Below, in pieces: positions 1-12,067 of a stretch of DNA of 64,000 bases (positions are counted from its first letter, which is position 1; each line of letters begins with the position of its first letter). The notes beneath the pieces were generated by a model, which had not been told where the DNA came from, made no database searches, and saw only the letters and a program-made list of their open reading frames with translations. The stretch lies in assembly GCA_047459655.1 (NCBI GenBank), contig JAJREF010000003.1, positions 128,001 through 192,000 on the forward strand, given 5' to 3'. The stretch comes from Rhabdochlamydiaceae bacterium. Its GTDB lineage: Bacteria > Chlamydiota > Chlamydiia > Chlamydiales > Rhabdochlamydiaceae. A program made the position numbers and the translations under genes.

Positions 1-234
1 ACCCATGCCAGCGCCTGCGTTAACGGCATCTGCTCCATACTGATCATAGATCTGCCGTTTTTCATCGCTGAGAACTTCATAGGCTTCAGAGATTTCTTTG
101 AATTTTTTTTCAGCAGTGGGATCGCCCGCATTTTTGTCGGGATGGTACTTGATGGCATTCTTGCGGTAAGCTTTTTTGATCTCTTCTTGAGAAGCTTCTT
201 TAGTAATGCCCAGAACTTTATAATAATCAGACAT
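1..234 (-). CDS. dnaJ: Chaperone DnaJ, N-terminal part (runs off window)
   Basis: Manual translation from ATG at 234: [35 protein letters not shown]...[14 protein letters not shown]. This is a J-domain with the HPD motif. Confidence 0.95.
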   Translation of the reverse strand, partial: MSDYYKVLGITKEASQEEIKKAYRKNAIKYHPDKNAGDPTAEKKFKEISEAYEVLSDEKRQIYDQYGADAVNAGAGMG

Positions 235-267
235 GATTTTATTTAAATAATATTTACGTAAGCACTA

Positions 268-296
268 ATTCTAATGACTTGGCGTTTTTTTAGCAA
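268..296 (-). promoter_or_regulatory. Sigma66/70-type promoter for dnaJ
   Basis: Minus strand TTGCTA (296-291), 17-nt spacer, TAGAAT (273-268), ~35 nt upstream of the dnaJ ATG. Confidence 0.6.
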
Positions 297-316
297 TCAA
301 AAAAGAGGAGTGCTAA
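290..316 (-). promoter_or_regulatory. CIRCE operator (HrcA binding site)
   Basis: Minus strand TTAGCACTC-CTCTTTTTT-GATTGCTAA versus consensus TTAGCACTC-N9-GAGTGCTAA: one mismatch, exact 9-nt spacer, directly upstream of dnaJ. Confidence 0.9.
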
Positions 317-513
317 TACTGCGGTCTAGTATAATTTTTTGGTTTACGATACTTGAGAGCAGCTTTAGATTTAGCTCTACTTTTGACAGAAGGCTTATCA
401 TAGAAACGATGTGCCTTTGCTGACTTCATGATTCCTTCTTTATCAAGTTTCTTTTTGAGAGCTCGGAGGGCTTTGTCAATAGGCTCTCCCGCGCGGACCT
501 TCACACTAGACAT
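313..513 (-). CDS. rpsU: 30S ribosomal protein S21
   Basis: [19 protein letters not shown]...RFYDKPS S21 motif. Confidence 0.95.
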   Translation of the reverse strand: MSSVKVRAGEPIDKALRALKKKLDKEGIMKSAKAHRFYDKPSVKSRAKSKAALKYRKPKNYTRPQY

Positions 514-567
514 CTACGTTTTCCCCTTTACTTTATGTAACGTGAACTCACGTTAGGTATGTTCATC

Positions 568-950
568 TTACGGTGTCGGGGAAAAATAGACAAGTTCTAT
601 TTGAGCATCAGGGGATTCTTTTTGTGATTTTTCATAGGAAGTGCATGCGATAATATCTAGGTCGGGGAGGAGGGTCGAAGAAAAGGTAAAAATGGGGATA
701 TTCCAAGCAAAGCGCAAGGTTTTAGCTACAATTGCACCAATTCTTGTACCTGTGAAGGATCCAGGTCCAATACCAAGCGCAATGTAGTCGATGGTTTCTG
801 TGCCTAAAAGCAGCTGAATTTGAGGCAGTAGGGAGCTGGAAAGTTTCTTCCCGTCTTGAATGATATGTTTTTTTGGACAACCCCGTCTTTAGAGATGGCA
901 AGGAAGGCTTGAGAGGAACTGGTGTCGATGATCAATGCTATTTTTGACAT
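568..950 (-). CDS. tsaB: tRNA threonylcarbamoyladenosine biosynthesis protein TsaB (short form; frameshift at T-run ~868-874)
   Basis: Manual translation: MSKIALIIDTSS..., then after a frameshift IDYIALGIGPGSFTGTRIG (TsaB GPGSFTG motif). Absent from the ORF track. Confidence 0.85.
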
Positions 951-1034
951 ATTTGCGTGTAATACCTATACCAGTATACCTTTGATTGCCATATTTTAAA
1001 AGAGATGTTAGATTGGGTTTCTTAAAGAATAGAG

Positions 1035-3525
1035 ATGGAGAGGGATTTTGAACTACTTAGATGATTTGATGGATGATTTTACCGATGATGAAAACATAGA
1101 AGATGCAATTATGGACTCTGTAAAGGATTCTCTTGATGAAAAAAGAAGAGAAAGATAACGCCAAGGACCCTGATCAAGTTTTTATTATTCCTCTTAATAG
1201 ACGTCCCTTTTTCCAGGCATGGCAGCACCTGTTGTGATTGAACCAGGCCCTTTTTATGAAGTGTTGAAGATCGTTGCCAAGACGGAACATAAGTGCATGG
1301 GTCTTTTTTAACAAAGCAAGAAGATGCCAATGTTTATAAAGTGGGTTTTGAAGATCTTTATGATTTCGGTGTGCTTGCGCGGATCTTACGCATTATTCCT
1401 ATGGAACAGGGTGGCGCGCAGGTCATCCTAAATATGGAAAAACGGATCTCGATTGATAAGCCCATCAAAAAAAGCAAGGATCTACGCGCTACAGTCCGTT
1501 ACTACAAAGATGAAAATAAAAAACTTTCAAAAGAACTCAAAGCCTATTCTATCAGCATCATTACGACCATTAAAGATCTGTTGAAACTAAACCCTCTTTT
1601 CAAAGAAGAGCTGCAGATTTTCCTTTCCCATTCTGATTTTACAGAGCCAGGAAAATTAGCCGATTTTGCAGTAGCGCTGACAACAGCAACAAGAGAAGAG
1701 CTCCAAGATGTCTTGCAGACAGTTGATCTACATGATCGTATTAGTAAAGCTTTGGTGCTCTTAAAAAAAGAGCTTGATTTAAGTAAGTTACAAAGCTCAA
1801 TCAATCAAAAGATGGAGCAATCGGTTTCGAAATCGCAGAGAGACTTTTTTTAAGAGAGCAGCTTAAAACAATTAAAAAAGAGTTAGGTCTTGAAAAAGAT
1901 GATAAGTCCATTGATCTGCAAAAATTTGAAGAAAGACTGAAAAAAGAGTTGTTCCTGAAAGCGTCATGACGGTGATTAAAGAAGAGATGGATAAGCTCTC
2001 TGTCTTAGAATTGCAATCAGCAGAGTACGCTGTTTGCCGTAATTATTTAGACTGGCTGACCATTATGCCTTGGGGCATTTTCAATGAAGGAACCTATGAA
2101 TTATCAAAGGCTCAAAAAATTTTAGAAGAAGATCACTATGGGTTAGAAGATATTAAAGAGCGTATTTTAGAGTTCATCAGCGTTGGAAAACTCTCAGGCG
2201 GTGTTAAGGGAAGTATTATCTGTTTTGTCGGTCCTCCTGGGGTGGGAAAGACCAGTATTGGGAAGAGCATTGCAAGAGCGCTTAATCGCCAATTTTACCG
2301 TTTTTCTGTCGGTGGCATGAGAGATGAAGCAGAAATTAAAGGTCATAGAAGAACCTATATTGGAGCGATGCCCGGTAAATTGATCCAGGCGCTAAAATTT
2401 ACGCAGGCTATGAATCCGGTTATTATGCTCGATGAAATTGATAAGTTAAGCAATAGTTACCATGGAGATCCTGCGTCTGCTTTACTAGAGGTTCTCGATC
2501 CTGAGCAAAACAAAGATTTCTTAGATCATTATCTCGATGTGCGGTGTGACCTTTCTAATGTCCTGTTCATTGTAACAGCTAACGTACTAGATACGATTCC
2601 CGAGGCCCTCAAAGACAGGATGGATATTTTACGTCTTTCAGGATACATCATGGAAGAGAAAATCAAAATTGCGCAGAAATATCTCATTCCTCGTAACCGG
2701 AAAGAGATGGGGCTAAAAGCTGAAGATGTATCATTTTCTCCGACAGCGCTGAAGCACCTTATCAATGGATATGCAAGGGAAGCGGGAGTTAGAAGTTTAG
2801 AGAATTATATCAAAAAAATATTGCGCAAAGTGGCTTTTAAAGTTGTAAAATCTAGTGAAAGTAAAAATAAGAAAAAGAAAAAGCCGCCTCTTGAATCAGA
2901 ACATATCACAGAAGAAAATCTCAGTAAGTTTATCGGTAAACCGATTTTTACAAGCGATCGTTATTATCCTAAAACACCTATTGGTGTTTGTATGGGGCTT
3001 GCCTGGACTTCTCTCGGGGGCGCAACTCTTTATGTAGAAGCCATCAAGTGTGCTGCAGAAAAGACAGAGATGAAGCTGACAGGACAGGCAGGGGATGTGA
3101 TGAAGGAGTCTTCACAAATTGCGTGGAGCTATTTGCAGAGTTCTTACCAAAAATATGCGCAAGAGAAGCCCTTCTTTGAAAAAACACAAATCCATCTCCA
3201 TATTCCCGAAGGAGCTACACCAAAAGATGGTCCTTCCGCAGGAGTCACCATGATGACCTCACTTCTTTCCCTTTTAAAAGGGCAGGCCGTGCTAGAAGAT
3301 TTGGCTATGACAGGGGAATTAACATTGACAGGGAAAGTCTTGCCTATCGGAGGCGTTAAAGAAAAACTAATTGCGGCTAAACGCTCAGGTGCAAAAGTGT
3401 TGATTTTTCCTACAGATAACAAACGCGATTATGATGAGCTGCCCAAATATATTAAAAAAGGGCTTGAGGTTCACTTTGTTGCCAATTATGAGGAGGTGTA
3501 CCGTGTCGCATTCCCCAAAAAATAA
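1035..3525 (+). CDS. lon: ATP-dependent protease La (several frameshifts in the 5' half)
   Basis: ORFs 1293-1853 and 1966-3525: GPPGVGKTS, HRRTYIGAMPG, PKDGPSAG, AMTGE...VLPIGG. Confidence 0.95.
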
Positions 3526-4021
3526 TTGCCATTATGCAGATTTTTTTGCACATAAATGGATCGATCCAAAAAATATCGCGCAAAAAAGTTTTGAGTTGAA
3601 GAATGCGGGAAAAACAGTTGCAACACTCAACGGTTCTTTTGATCTGTTGCATGCGGGGCATCTCCACATCATTTATGAAGCGTCTAAGCAAGCCGATGTC
3701 CTCATCGTTGCTTTAAATTCTGATCAATCTATCAAACAATACAAAAGTCCTTCACGGCCGATTATTCCGTTGGAGTATAGATTGCAGATGATGGCAGCTC
3801 TTGCGTTTGTAGATTATGTGACTTCTTTTGATGAGACAACGCCTGTAGACATTCTGACGAAGATAAAACCCCATGTGCATGTCAATGGGGCAGAGTATGG
3901 GGAGAACTGCATTGAAGCAGAAACCGTTAAAATGCACGGAGGGCGCATTCATATAGTAGCGCTTGTTCCCGGGCTATCAACTTCCACGATTATTAACAAG
4001 ATTAGTGACATATGCGTTTAA
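3431..4021 (+). CDS. RfaE domain II-like nucleotidyltransferase (heptose-1-phosphate adenylyltransferase family); start uncertain
   Basis: TLNGSFDLLHAGH (HxGH), VALNSDQSIK, SRPI, STSTII motifs. Confidence 0.8.
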   Translation: MMSCPNILKKGLRFTLLPIMRRCTVSHSPKNNCHYADFFAHKWIDPKNIAQKSFELKNAGKTVATLNGSFDLLHAGHLHIIYEASKQADVLIVALNSDQSIKQYKSPSRPIIPLEYRLQMMAALAFVDYVTSFDETTPVDILTKIKPHVHVNGAEYGENCIEAETVKMHGGRIHIVALVPGLSTSTIINKISDICV

Positions 4022-5148
4022 TCAGTCATTTCAAAGATGGGAAGCTAGCGTATGCACTCCACCATTTCCTGTTACAGGAGGGGATTGAGAGTTCTTGCGA
4101 TATGGAACTCGACCCCGACAAAGAAACAATTTATCGTATTTGGATCATCGATGAGGAAGCTCTTCCGGCAGCTCTAGAATGGCTGAAAATCTATGAGCAA
4201 AACCCTAACGATCCCCGTTTCCATATAGTCAAGCCCGTGACTTCTACTCATTCTCCTGAATCTACTTCGAAGCGGCACATTAAAATAGATGCAAGTAAAA
4301 AACAGCCCAAAAAAGGGATGACTCTTACCCTTTTTGTGATTTTTTTGTGTTCATTGTTATTTTTTATCAACACGCTGCAGCAATACTCCCTTGAAAAAAG
4401 CAAAGGGCCTATTGCCCTACAGATAGGAATGACTTCTCTGCAAAAAGAGATGCTTTTTGATTATCCTAAATATTTTGCAGATCTGGAAAAATTTTACGAA
4501 GAAGCCCCCATCCGATCAATAGAAGAGATCAAAGATCTCTCTCCTGAAGCTCAAGCGGAGTACCATAAAATTGTAGCAGAGCCGACGTGGAAGGGAGTAG
4601 CCGACTTAATATCTGCCAAAAGTCTAAAGGGATGGCAAGATCTTCCTCCTGACGTGCTTTTTGGCAAGATCCGTCAAGGAGAGTTCTGGAGGTTATTTAC
4701 CCCTTGCCTTATGCATAATGGGCTTTTCCACATCCTATTCAATATGTGTTGGGTCTGGGTTTTGGGCAGGCAGATAGAGGATAGGATAGGTAGGCTGAAG
4801 ATGATCGCAGTCATCCTGATTACTGGCATCCTTCCTAACATTGCCCAGTATTTGATGGGAGGGCCTAACTTTGAGGGATTTTCTGGCGTAGTAGTAGGGA
4901 TGGTAGGATTTATCTGGATGCGACAGAAAATAGCTCCTTGGGAAGGGTATCCGTTGCAGCGCTCTGTCATTCTCTTTATCACTATTTTCGTCTTTGCGAT
5001 GCTGGGATTAGAGGTATTATCTTTTATCCTGCAGTATTTAGGTGTTGTTGAGCTTGTCTTGCCGATTGCCAACACGGCTCATATTGTTGGGGGGCTTGTG
5101 GGAATTTTGTGCGCCCGCCTTCCTGTTTTTGCTAGAGGGAAGATATGA
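4012..5148 (+). CDS. Rhomboid-family intramembrane serine protease (GlpG-like)
   Basis: WRLFTP, HILFNM, GFSG (catalytic Ser), ANTAHIVG (catalytic His). Confidence 0.9.
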   Translation: MRLISHFKDGKLAYALHHFLLQEGIESSCDMELDPDKETIYRIWIIDEEALPAALEWLKIYEQNPNDPRFHIVKPVTSTHSPESTSKRHIKIDASKKQPKKGMTLTLFVIFLCSLLFFINTLQQYSLEKSKGPIALQIGMTSLQKEMLFDYPKYFADLEKFYEEAPIRSIEEIKDLSPEAQAEYHKIVAEPTWKGVADLISAKSLKGWQDLPPDVLFGKIRQGEFWRLFTPCLMHNGLFHILFNMCWVWVLGRQIEDRIGRLKMIAVILITGILPNIAQYLMGGPNFEGFSGVVVGMVGFIWMRQKIAPWEGYPLQRSVILFITIFVFAMLGLEVLSFILQYLGVVELVLPIANTAHIVGGLVGILCARLPVFARGKI

Positions 5149-6052
5149 GTGCAAGAGAACTGGTTATTTTAGGGTGCTCCAGTCAGCAGCCTACCCGCAA
5201 GCGGAACCATGGGGCCTATCTTTTAAGATGGAATGAGGAGGGGTTGCTATTTGATCCCGGTGAAGGCACGCAGCGGCAATTTATTTTTGCCAACGTTGCG
5301 CCTCCCTGTGTCACGCGCATTTTTGTAAGTCACTTCCACGGAGATCACTCCTCGGGCTGGGATCGATGTTGATGCGCTTAATCTAGACAAAGCGACCCAT
5401 CCTATCCACTGCTACTACCCCGCCTCGGGGCAAGTCTACTTTGATAGATTGCGCTATGGAAGTATTTACCATGAAAATATTGAAGTGGTTTTGCATCCCA
5501 TCACTAAAGAGGGACTTATCGAAGATGATGGCAAATTTCGTATTGAGGCCTATAAGCTGGAGCACGGCGTTGACAATTTTGCCTTTCGTGTCAAAGAGGC
5601 TGATACATTTAAATTTGATCAAGAAAAACTCCGCCAGCTAAAAGTGCACGGGTAAAATGATCAGCCTTCTAGAAAAAGAAGGGAAAGTTGCGATCGATGG
5701 CTCTGTGATTACACTCGATCAAGTTAGCTCGATCAGAAAAGGAGATGTATTTGCCATTGTCATCGATACATTACCCTGTGCAGGAGCTTTACAAGCCGCC
5801 AAAGACGCAAAAATCCTGCTCTGTGAAAGCACTTATCTCGAAGAACACCGCCACCTAGCTAAGCAATATCTACATATGACGGCTATCCAGGCTGCTGAAA
5901 TTGCCAAACAAGCAGGCGCAAGAGAGCTTATCCTCACCCATTTTTCTGCACGTTACCAAGAGCTTGAACCTTTTGAAAGAGAAGCAAGAACAATTTTTCC
6001 AAACACCTTTGCCGCAGATGACTTAAAGGTTTTTCCTTTTCCTAAGAACTAA
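5145..6052 (+). CDS. rnz: Ribonuclease Z (frameshifted)
   Basis: [30 protein letters not shown] spread over three ORFs. Confidence 0.9.
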
Positions 6053-6058
6053 TAACCC

Positions 6059-6523
6059 TTATCCAATATGACGTGGTTGAACCACTTGAATATCATGGGC
6101 AATGCCATTTAGCTCTTCTACTAAATTCTGCAAGGCAAAGGGAAATGTTCCAAAGGTTGCAATTGCTCGTTGTAGATGAGTTGTCACAGAAGGCCCCTCT
6201 GCTGTATCTTCTTTTACAGCGCCCATGATAGATGCATCAGGAGTAGAAAGAACAGTATAGGTGTCTTTAATATAACCTTTTACAAGGGCAACCTCACGAG
6301 GATCTCCAACAGAGCTATTGACCTCCGTATTAGCTTGCTCGATAATGCGTACAAATTGGGCTATTTTTTGAAGAGTCTCTGAGTTTGCTGAACCAGTAGC
6401 ATCAGTAATTTTTTTGGTAAGCTGTAGGAGGGTTCCTGCTAAGTGCGCAGCGACATCTCTAATGTCATGATAAGGATTAACAAACTCAGGTCTATTAGAG
6501 CCAGAAATCGGAGGGAGTGCCAT
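6059..6523 (-). CDS. Hypothetical protein, 154 aa
   Basis: Clean ORF with ATG start and a purine-rich upstream region. No motif recognised. Confidence 0.65.
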   Translation of the reverse strand: MALPPISGSNRPEFVNPYHDIRDVAAHLAGTLLQLTKKITDATGSANSETLQKIAQFVRIIEQANTEVNSSVGDPREVALVKGYIKDTYTVLSTPDASIMGAVKEDTAEGPSVTTHLQRAIATFGTFPFALQNLVEELNGIAHDIQVVQPRHIG

Positions 6524-6656
6524 GATGATTGCCTTCTTTTAAGAGGATCTTAGTTTGCAAAAACCTATAGAGAAAAAGATCCGTTGGAGCCACTATGCAG
6601 GAATCTGTATATTTTTTAAAGTTTTTTTCACTTTAGCATGAGATAAAATATATTCA

Positions 6657-6742
6657 AGAGGTAGTTGCAAAACTCAGGTTCAGTCAAATTTCGGGTTCTT
6701 TTGAACCGATTTTCGACGAACCCTGAGTTTACAACTACCTCT
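6657..6742. repeat. Palindromic element (short member of family A)
   Basis: Imperfect inverted arms AGAGGTAGTTGCAAAACTCAGGTTC / GAACCCTGAGTTTACAACTACCTCT. It shares a 35/47 ungapped match with the 52956-53080 element. Confidence 0.8.
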
Positions 6743-6746
6743 CAAG

Positions 6747-8329
6747 TCAAAGCGTGTTAGAGAGAAGATACTCTTCTAAAGGTCCATCAAACAGCTTAGG
6801 ACCTGTATCTTTGAAGGAGATGATTTTATTTACAGAGTCATCGAGAAGGCCTCTATCATGAGAAGCGATGATCACGGTTCCTTGAAAATCTTCAAGAGCC
6901 CAAGCAAGGGCAGATACAGCTTCTAGATCAAGGTGGTTATTGGGCTCATCCATGACAAGGAAATTGTAGTTGCAGAGCATCATGCCGCCAATGATGAGGC
7001 GCGCTGTTTCTCCACCGGAAAGATTAGAAATGGGTTTAAAGGCGTCATCGCCTCCAAAGAGCATTTTTCCTAATACGCCGCGTACGTCTTGATCGTTGAC
7101 TGTTTCTTTTCTGCTTTTGAGCCAGTCAAAAGCGGTCATGGAACTTTTCTTGTCGATGACCTCAGAATGATTTTGAGGGAAGTAGCCGACTTGAACTTGG
7201 TGTCCTAGTGTGATTTTGCCTTTGTCTTGAGGTAGGGCGCCTGCAAGCATTTTAAGAAGGGTCGTTTTACCTCTGCCGTTATTGCCGATGACACCAACTT
7301 TATCCCCTTTTTCAAGTTCAAGTGAAAAAGATTTGATGACGGTATTGTCGCCATAAGCTTTCCCAATACCTTCTGCTTTTACAACGATCTGTCCGGAGGG
7401 TTTTTCGGGGGATAGAAGCGGATGTAGGGGCGTTGAATATTAGATTTTTTGAGCTCCATAGGTTGGAGTCGATTGATTTCACGGATACGGGATTGCACTT
7501 GGCTAGCGCGCGTCCCAGCACCAAACTTAGAGACAAACTCTTGGAGTTGCGAGATCTTTTTTTCTTTCGATTTATTTTCTTCTTCTGTGCGAGATCTGGC
7601 AGCTGTTTTGGCGACGAGCATGTCATCGTAGTTGCCTGAGTAAATAATGATGGTATCGTAATCGATATCAGCAATACGGGTTGTAACGCTGTTGAGGAAG
7701 TGTTTATCATGGCTGACAACAACAAGGGTTCCTTTATATCCGCAGAGAAACTTTTCCAGCCATCCGATCGATTCCATATCAAGGTGGTTTGTCGGTTCAT
7801 CTAGGAGAAGCGCTTCAGGCTCTCCAAAAAGCGCTTGGCATATCAACGTGCGAAATTGCATGTCTGTAGGAATCTCGTGCATTTTTTCTGGTGGAGAGCA
7901 GCAGGAATGCCCATTCCAATGAGTAGGTCTTCTGCCTCAGACTCAGCGCTGTAGCCATTTTCTTCGGCAATGATTTCTTCTATCTCTCCTGAAACGGATC
8001 CCAATTTGGTCGGTCATCTCTTTTTCATAAAGAGATTCTCTTTCGTCTAAAGCGCTCCAAAGACGTTTATTTCCCATGATCACCGTATCTAAGACTTTCA
8101 TATTTTTGAAGCTTTCTATATTTTGTCTTAAGAAACCGACTCTTTTGGGTAATGTGACAGTTCCAGAGGTTGCTTCTTCGACGCCCATCATGATCTTCAG
8201 AAGGGTCGATTTCCCGGCACCATTGGGGCCTGTGAGACCGTAACGGTGGCCGGGGCTAAAGGTTGTATTGACATCTTCGAAGAGGAGGCGAGCTCCGACT
8301 TTTTTTGAAATTTTATTAAGAGTAATCAT
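6747..8329 (-). CDS. ABC-F family ATPase (frameshifted)
   Basis: Two ABC domains: GPNGAGKST, LLLDEPTNHLD, LSGGE, DEPNNHLD. No transmembrane segments. Confidence 0.9.
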
Positions 8330-8360
8330 AGGGACGAAGTGTAGCAGAAAAAAGGATAGT

Positions 8361-9253
8361 ATGAAAGAGACAAAGATAAAGTTTTTAGATTATTTAAGAG
8401 TCGTTAGGAACGCCTCAGAGCACACGATCCGCAATTATAAACTTGATTTACAAGCATTTGAAACCTATTTACAAGAGGTATCTCTAGATAAAATTGATAA
8501 AAAAACAATTAAGGGTACCTCTCCCAACTCAACTTAAAGCAGATCAAAAAAAGAACCATCTTAAGACGATTATCTTCGCTGCGTTCATTTTTCAAATATC
8601 TGATGAAAGAAGAGATCCTCGTGGTGAATCCCATGGAGGAGATTGAAAGCCCTAAGCTAGAGAAGACAATCCCTCAATCCCTTTCCTACGAGCAGGTAGA
8701 AAGGCTGCTTGCGCAGCCAGATATTACTACTTATTTGGGTTTTAGAGATCGCTGTATCATGGAGCTTTTTTATAGCTCAGGGCTCAGATTGAGCGAGCTG
8801 ATCGGACTAAATAAGCCTGATTTTGATGCTAAAAATTTAACACTCAGGGTACGGGGTAAAGGGAAAAAGGAGAGGGTAATTCCTATCACAAAAAACGCAG
8901 CAGGCTGGATCACGAATTATCTGAACCACCTTGAAAGAGAGGAAGGGGATCGTCAGGCCATTTTTTTGAATAAGTGGGGAACGCGTCTTACGGTCCGCTC
9001 TGTGGATAGAGGATTTAAAAATTACCTTCTTCAGTCAGGGCTTGCGATAAAAATCACGCCCCACACCATTCGCCACACGATTGCCACCCATTGGCTTGAA
9101 AAGGGGATGGACTTAAAAACAATACAAACCCTATTGGGGCACAGTTCTCTTGTAACGACAACTATTTATACCCAGGTGTCGCCCAAGTTGAAAAAAGAGG
9201 TTTATGAAAGGACTCATCCATCAGCTGTTAATGAAAAAATGGGAAAGCGATAA
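8361..9253 (+). CDS. xerC: Tyrosine recombinase XerC (frameshift ~8515)
   Basis: SGLRLSE, GKGKKER, HTIRH, LLGH...TTIY catalytic motifs; N-terminal SEHTIRNY. Confidence 0.85.
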
Positions 9254-9574
9254 GCCGGATTTTGTCGTGAGCAACCATTCCTCTAGGAGATGCGTCGCCG
9301 CACCCCTCGAGCGATAAGTTGCATGTACGCGCGGAGAGCGATGGTGTACATGCAATCTCTTGCTTCAGATAGGGTTTATAGCACTTTGCCTCTCAGCAAA
9401 TGTGGCTCGTTTATTTAAACGAACATTTTCAGCCTTACTGTTCTTTAAAGGAACAGAGGAGTGTTTTCTGTTATACTTTCCGTAGCTTTACAGCCCCCAG
9501 TATTTCACTGGTATCTTCTCCTGTGAAGTCCGGACTTTCCTCTCTTTTTTAAAGAGCGATTGCTTGCTTTCCCA
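9240..9574 (-). ncRNA. rnpB: RNase P RNA
   Basis: Minus strand carries GAGGAAAGTCCGGAC near the 5' end and ACAAAATCCGGCTTAT near the 3' end. The ends TGGGAAAGC / GCTTTCCCA pair as helix P1. Confidence 0.95.
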
Positions 9575-9580
9575 AGTTTA

Positions 9581-10341
9581 TTAAGTTCTTCTTCTTCTGC
9601 GTTTGGTTGTTGTCTCTGTTCCTACAGGAGCAGCGACTTCTTGCCAATAGTGAATACGTGAACAATGTTCGCAGAAAACAAGATTTTCTCCCTTGCGCAC
9701 GACGTTTTCGTGTTGGGGAGTTAGAGCGATGTGGCAGCCACTGCATGTGCGATTTTGAATGGGCACGATGACGCGGTCTTTTTTATTTTTTAGTAAGCGC
9801 TCATACACATGCAAAATAGCAGGGTCTGCTTTTTTGCTAAGATCTTCTCTTTCTTTTTTCAAAGAAGAACCTTCTTCGTTGATCAGTTTAATGCTTCCTT
9901 GAATCTCTTTTCTAGATTGAGGCTGCTGGTTTCAGAGGCTTCTAAACTTTCTTTAATTTTACCAAAAATTTCTTCTTCCATGACACGTTTATCAACGAGG
10001 TCAGATACTTTTTGTTCAACTGCGATTCTCTCTCTTTCTAGAGCTGTTGATTCTTGCGTCAGAGCATTGAATTCATCTACTTTTTTAATGGAGCTTTGTT
10101 GAGATTCTAAATGTTTCATTTTAGTGGCAATTTCTTGGATCTTTTGCTCATACACTTGGATTTGTTTGCCTAAAGCTTCTATCCCAGTTTCTTTTTCAAC
10201 AAGTTGCTGGTGAAGCTCTTTTCTTAGAGCATCGATTTGACCGATTTCTTGCTGCCGCTGTTTTTTGATGCGCATTAGGCGGAGCATTTTCATATCAAGT
10301 TCTTGAATGTCTAAAATTGTTTTCATTGTTTCCTTTATCAT
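9581..10341 (-). CDS. cdsZ: Coiled-coil / C4 zinc-ribbon protein, CdsZ (CT398)-like (frameshift ~9880)
   Basis: ILDIQELDMKMLRLMR N-terminus, long coiled coil, CSGC...CEHC zinc ribbon. Confidence 0.85.
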
Positions 10342-10550
10342 TACTCTAATACCTTTTTATCTTGGGCAGGCAAAAAGAAAGTAAACCCACACCTTTAATT
10401 TAGATGGAGAGCTTATCTGGAAGAGAATTAATGCTCAAGGAAAAATTCGAGGGTAGGGAGGGGCTAACCCCAAAGGGGGTAGACGAAATTTTCCTGTTGT
10501 GTATACTGAGGGCGATTCTTGGGGTGTTCACGTTTTTGTAAGTGGGTGTC

Positions 10551-12029
10551 ATGTCATATTTAAAAAAATACTTTTATAAAGTGCCGGAAGAGAAAGAGCC
10601 TCTTCTGCGATTGCTTATCTAGCAGGCCTTGATCATATCAAGAGTGTCTATCCGGCGGTTGCTGATGCTATAGCCAAAGAGCTCAAAGATCAAAGATCGT
10701 ATCTTAAATTGATCGCTTCAGAGAATTTTTCCTCATTGGCCGTCCAGTTGGCTATGGGAAATCTTTTAACAGACAAGTATTCTGAAGGATTTCCTTTCCA
10801 CCGATTTTATGCAGGCTGTGAAAATGTCGATTTTATTGAAAATGCAGCAGTCCAAGAGTTAAAAAATATTTTTCAATGTGAGCACGCTTATGTGCAGCCC
10901 CATTCGGGAGCGGACGCAAACATGGTGGCTTTTTGGGGTATTCTTGTACACCGCGTCCAAAATAAAGAAGTAGAAAGACTCGGTAAAAAAAATATTGATG
11001 TAGATGACCCCTGCCGAATATGAGGAGGTGAGACAGCTCTTAGTCAATCAGAAGGTGATGGGTTTGTCATTGAATTCAGGAGGGCATTTGACGCATGGAT
11101 ATCGCCATAATATTTCTTCTAAAATGATGGAATCCTCTGTTTATGATGTCGATCCTGGAACAGGGCTTATCAACTATCAAAAACTGGCTGAAGCCGTAAA
11201 AAGAGAAAAGCCTGCGATTTTAATTGGAGGGTACTCTGCTTATCCACGTCTCATTGATTTTGCTAAGATGAGGGAGATTGCAGATAGTGTAGGGGCGACT
11301 TTGCTCGTTGATATGGCCCATTTTGCAGGGCTTGTTGCAGGTAAAGTGTTAAAGGGAAATTTTGACCCTATTCCTTTTGCTCATGTTGTTACATCGACTA
11401 CCCATAAAACTCTCCGAGGTCCACGAGGTGGAATTGTTCTTTGCACAAATGAGTATAAGCCTGTAATTGACAAAGGGTGTCCTCTGGTTCTAGGGGGCCC
11501 CTTGCCTCATGTGATAGCAGCCAAAGCCATCGCCTTTAAAGAAGCTAATACAACTTCTTTTCAGGCATATGCACATCAAATTGTTGCTAATGCAAAAGCC
11601 CTTGCTGAGACATTTCTTGCACAAGGCATTTTTATCACAACGAACGGAACAGACAACCACCTTCTTGTCTTAGATGTTGCAAAAAGTTTTGGGTTGAATG
11701 GAAGGCAAGCAGAGGTAGCGCTTAGATCAGCATTTTTTACGGTCAACCGCAACTCTATCCCTTTTGATACAAATGGCGCTTGGTACACATCGGGTATTCG
11801 CATTGGGCCTGCCGCACTGACGACCCTTGGGATGAAAGAACCAGAAATGAAGGCGATTGCCAATATGATCATCGAGTTACTGAAAAACACCAAGCCTGAT
11901 GAGGTAGAAGGGGTCCCCTTGAATAAAGCTCCTCCTATTGTAACTCCAAAGATTCTGAAAAAAATCCAGGAGCAAGTGGCAGATCTTTTAAAACATTTCC
12001 CTCTTTACCCAGAACTGATCATTGATTGA
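10551..12029 (+). CDS. glyA: Serine hydroxymethyltransferase (frameshifted)
   Basis: [36 protein letters not shown]. Confidence 0.95.
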
Positions 12030-12067
12030 AAATGGGCAAACAGGATAATTATAAGGAAAGAGGTAAT

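Noticed and set aside
8361..9253. Tyrosine recombinase as a prophage or integron integrase, with the palindromes as attC sites
   Set aside because: It looks like housekeeping XerC in a core-gene neighbourhood, shows no integron-integrase insert, and the palindromes are not arrayed with cassettes.
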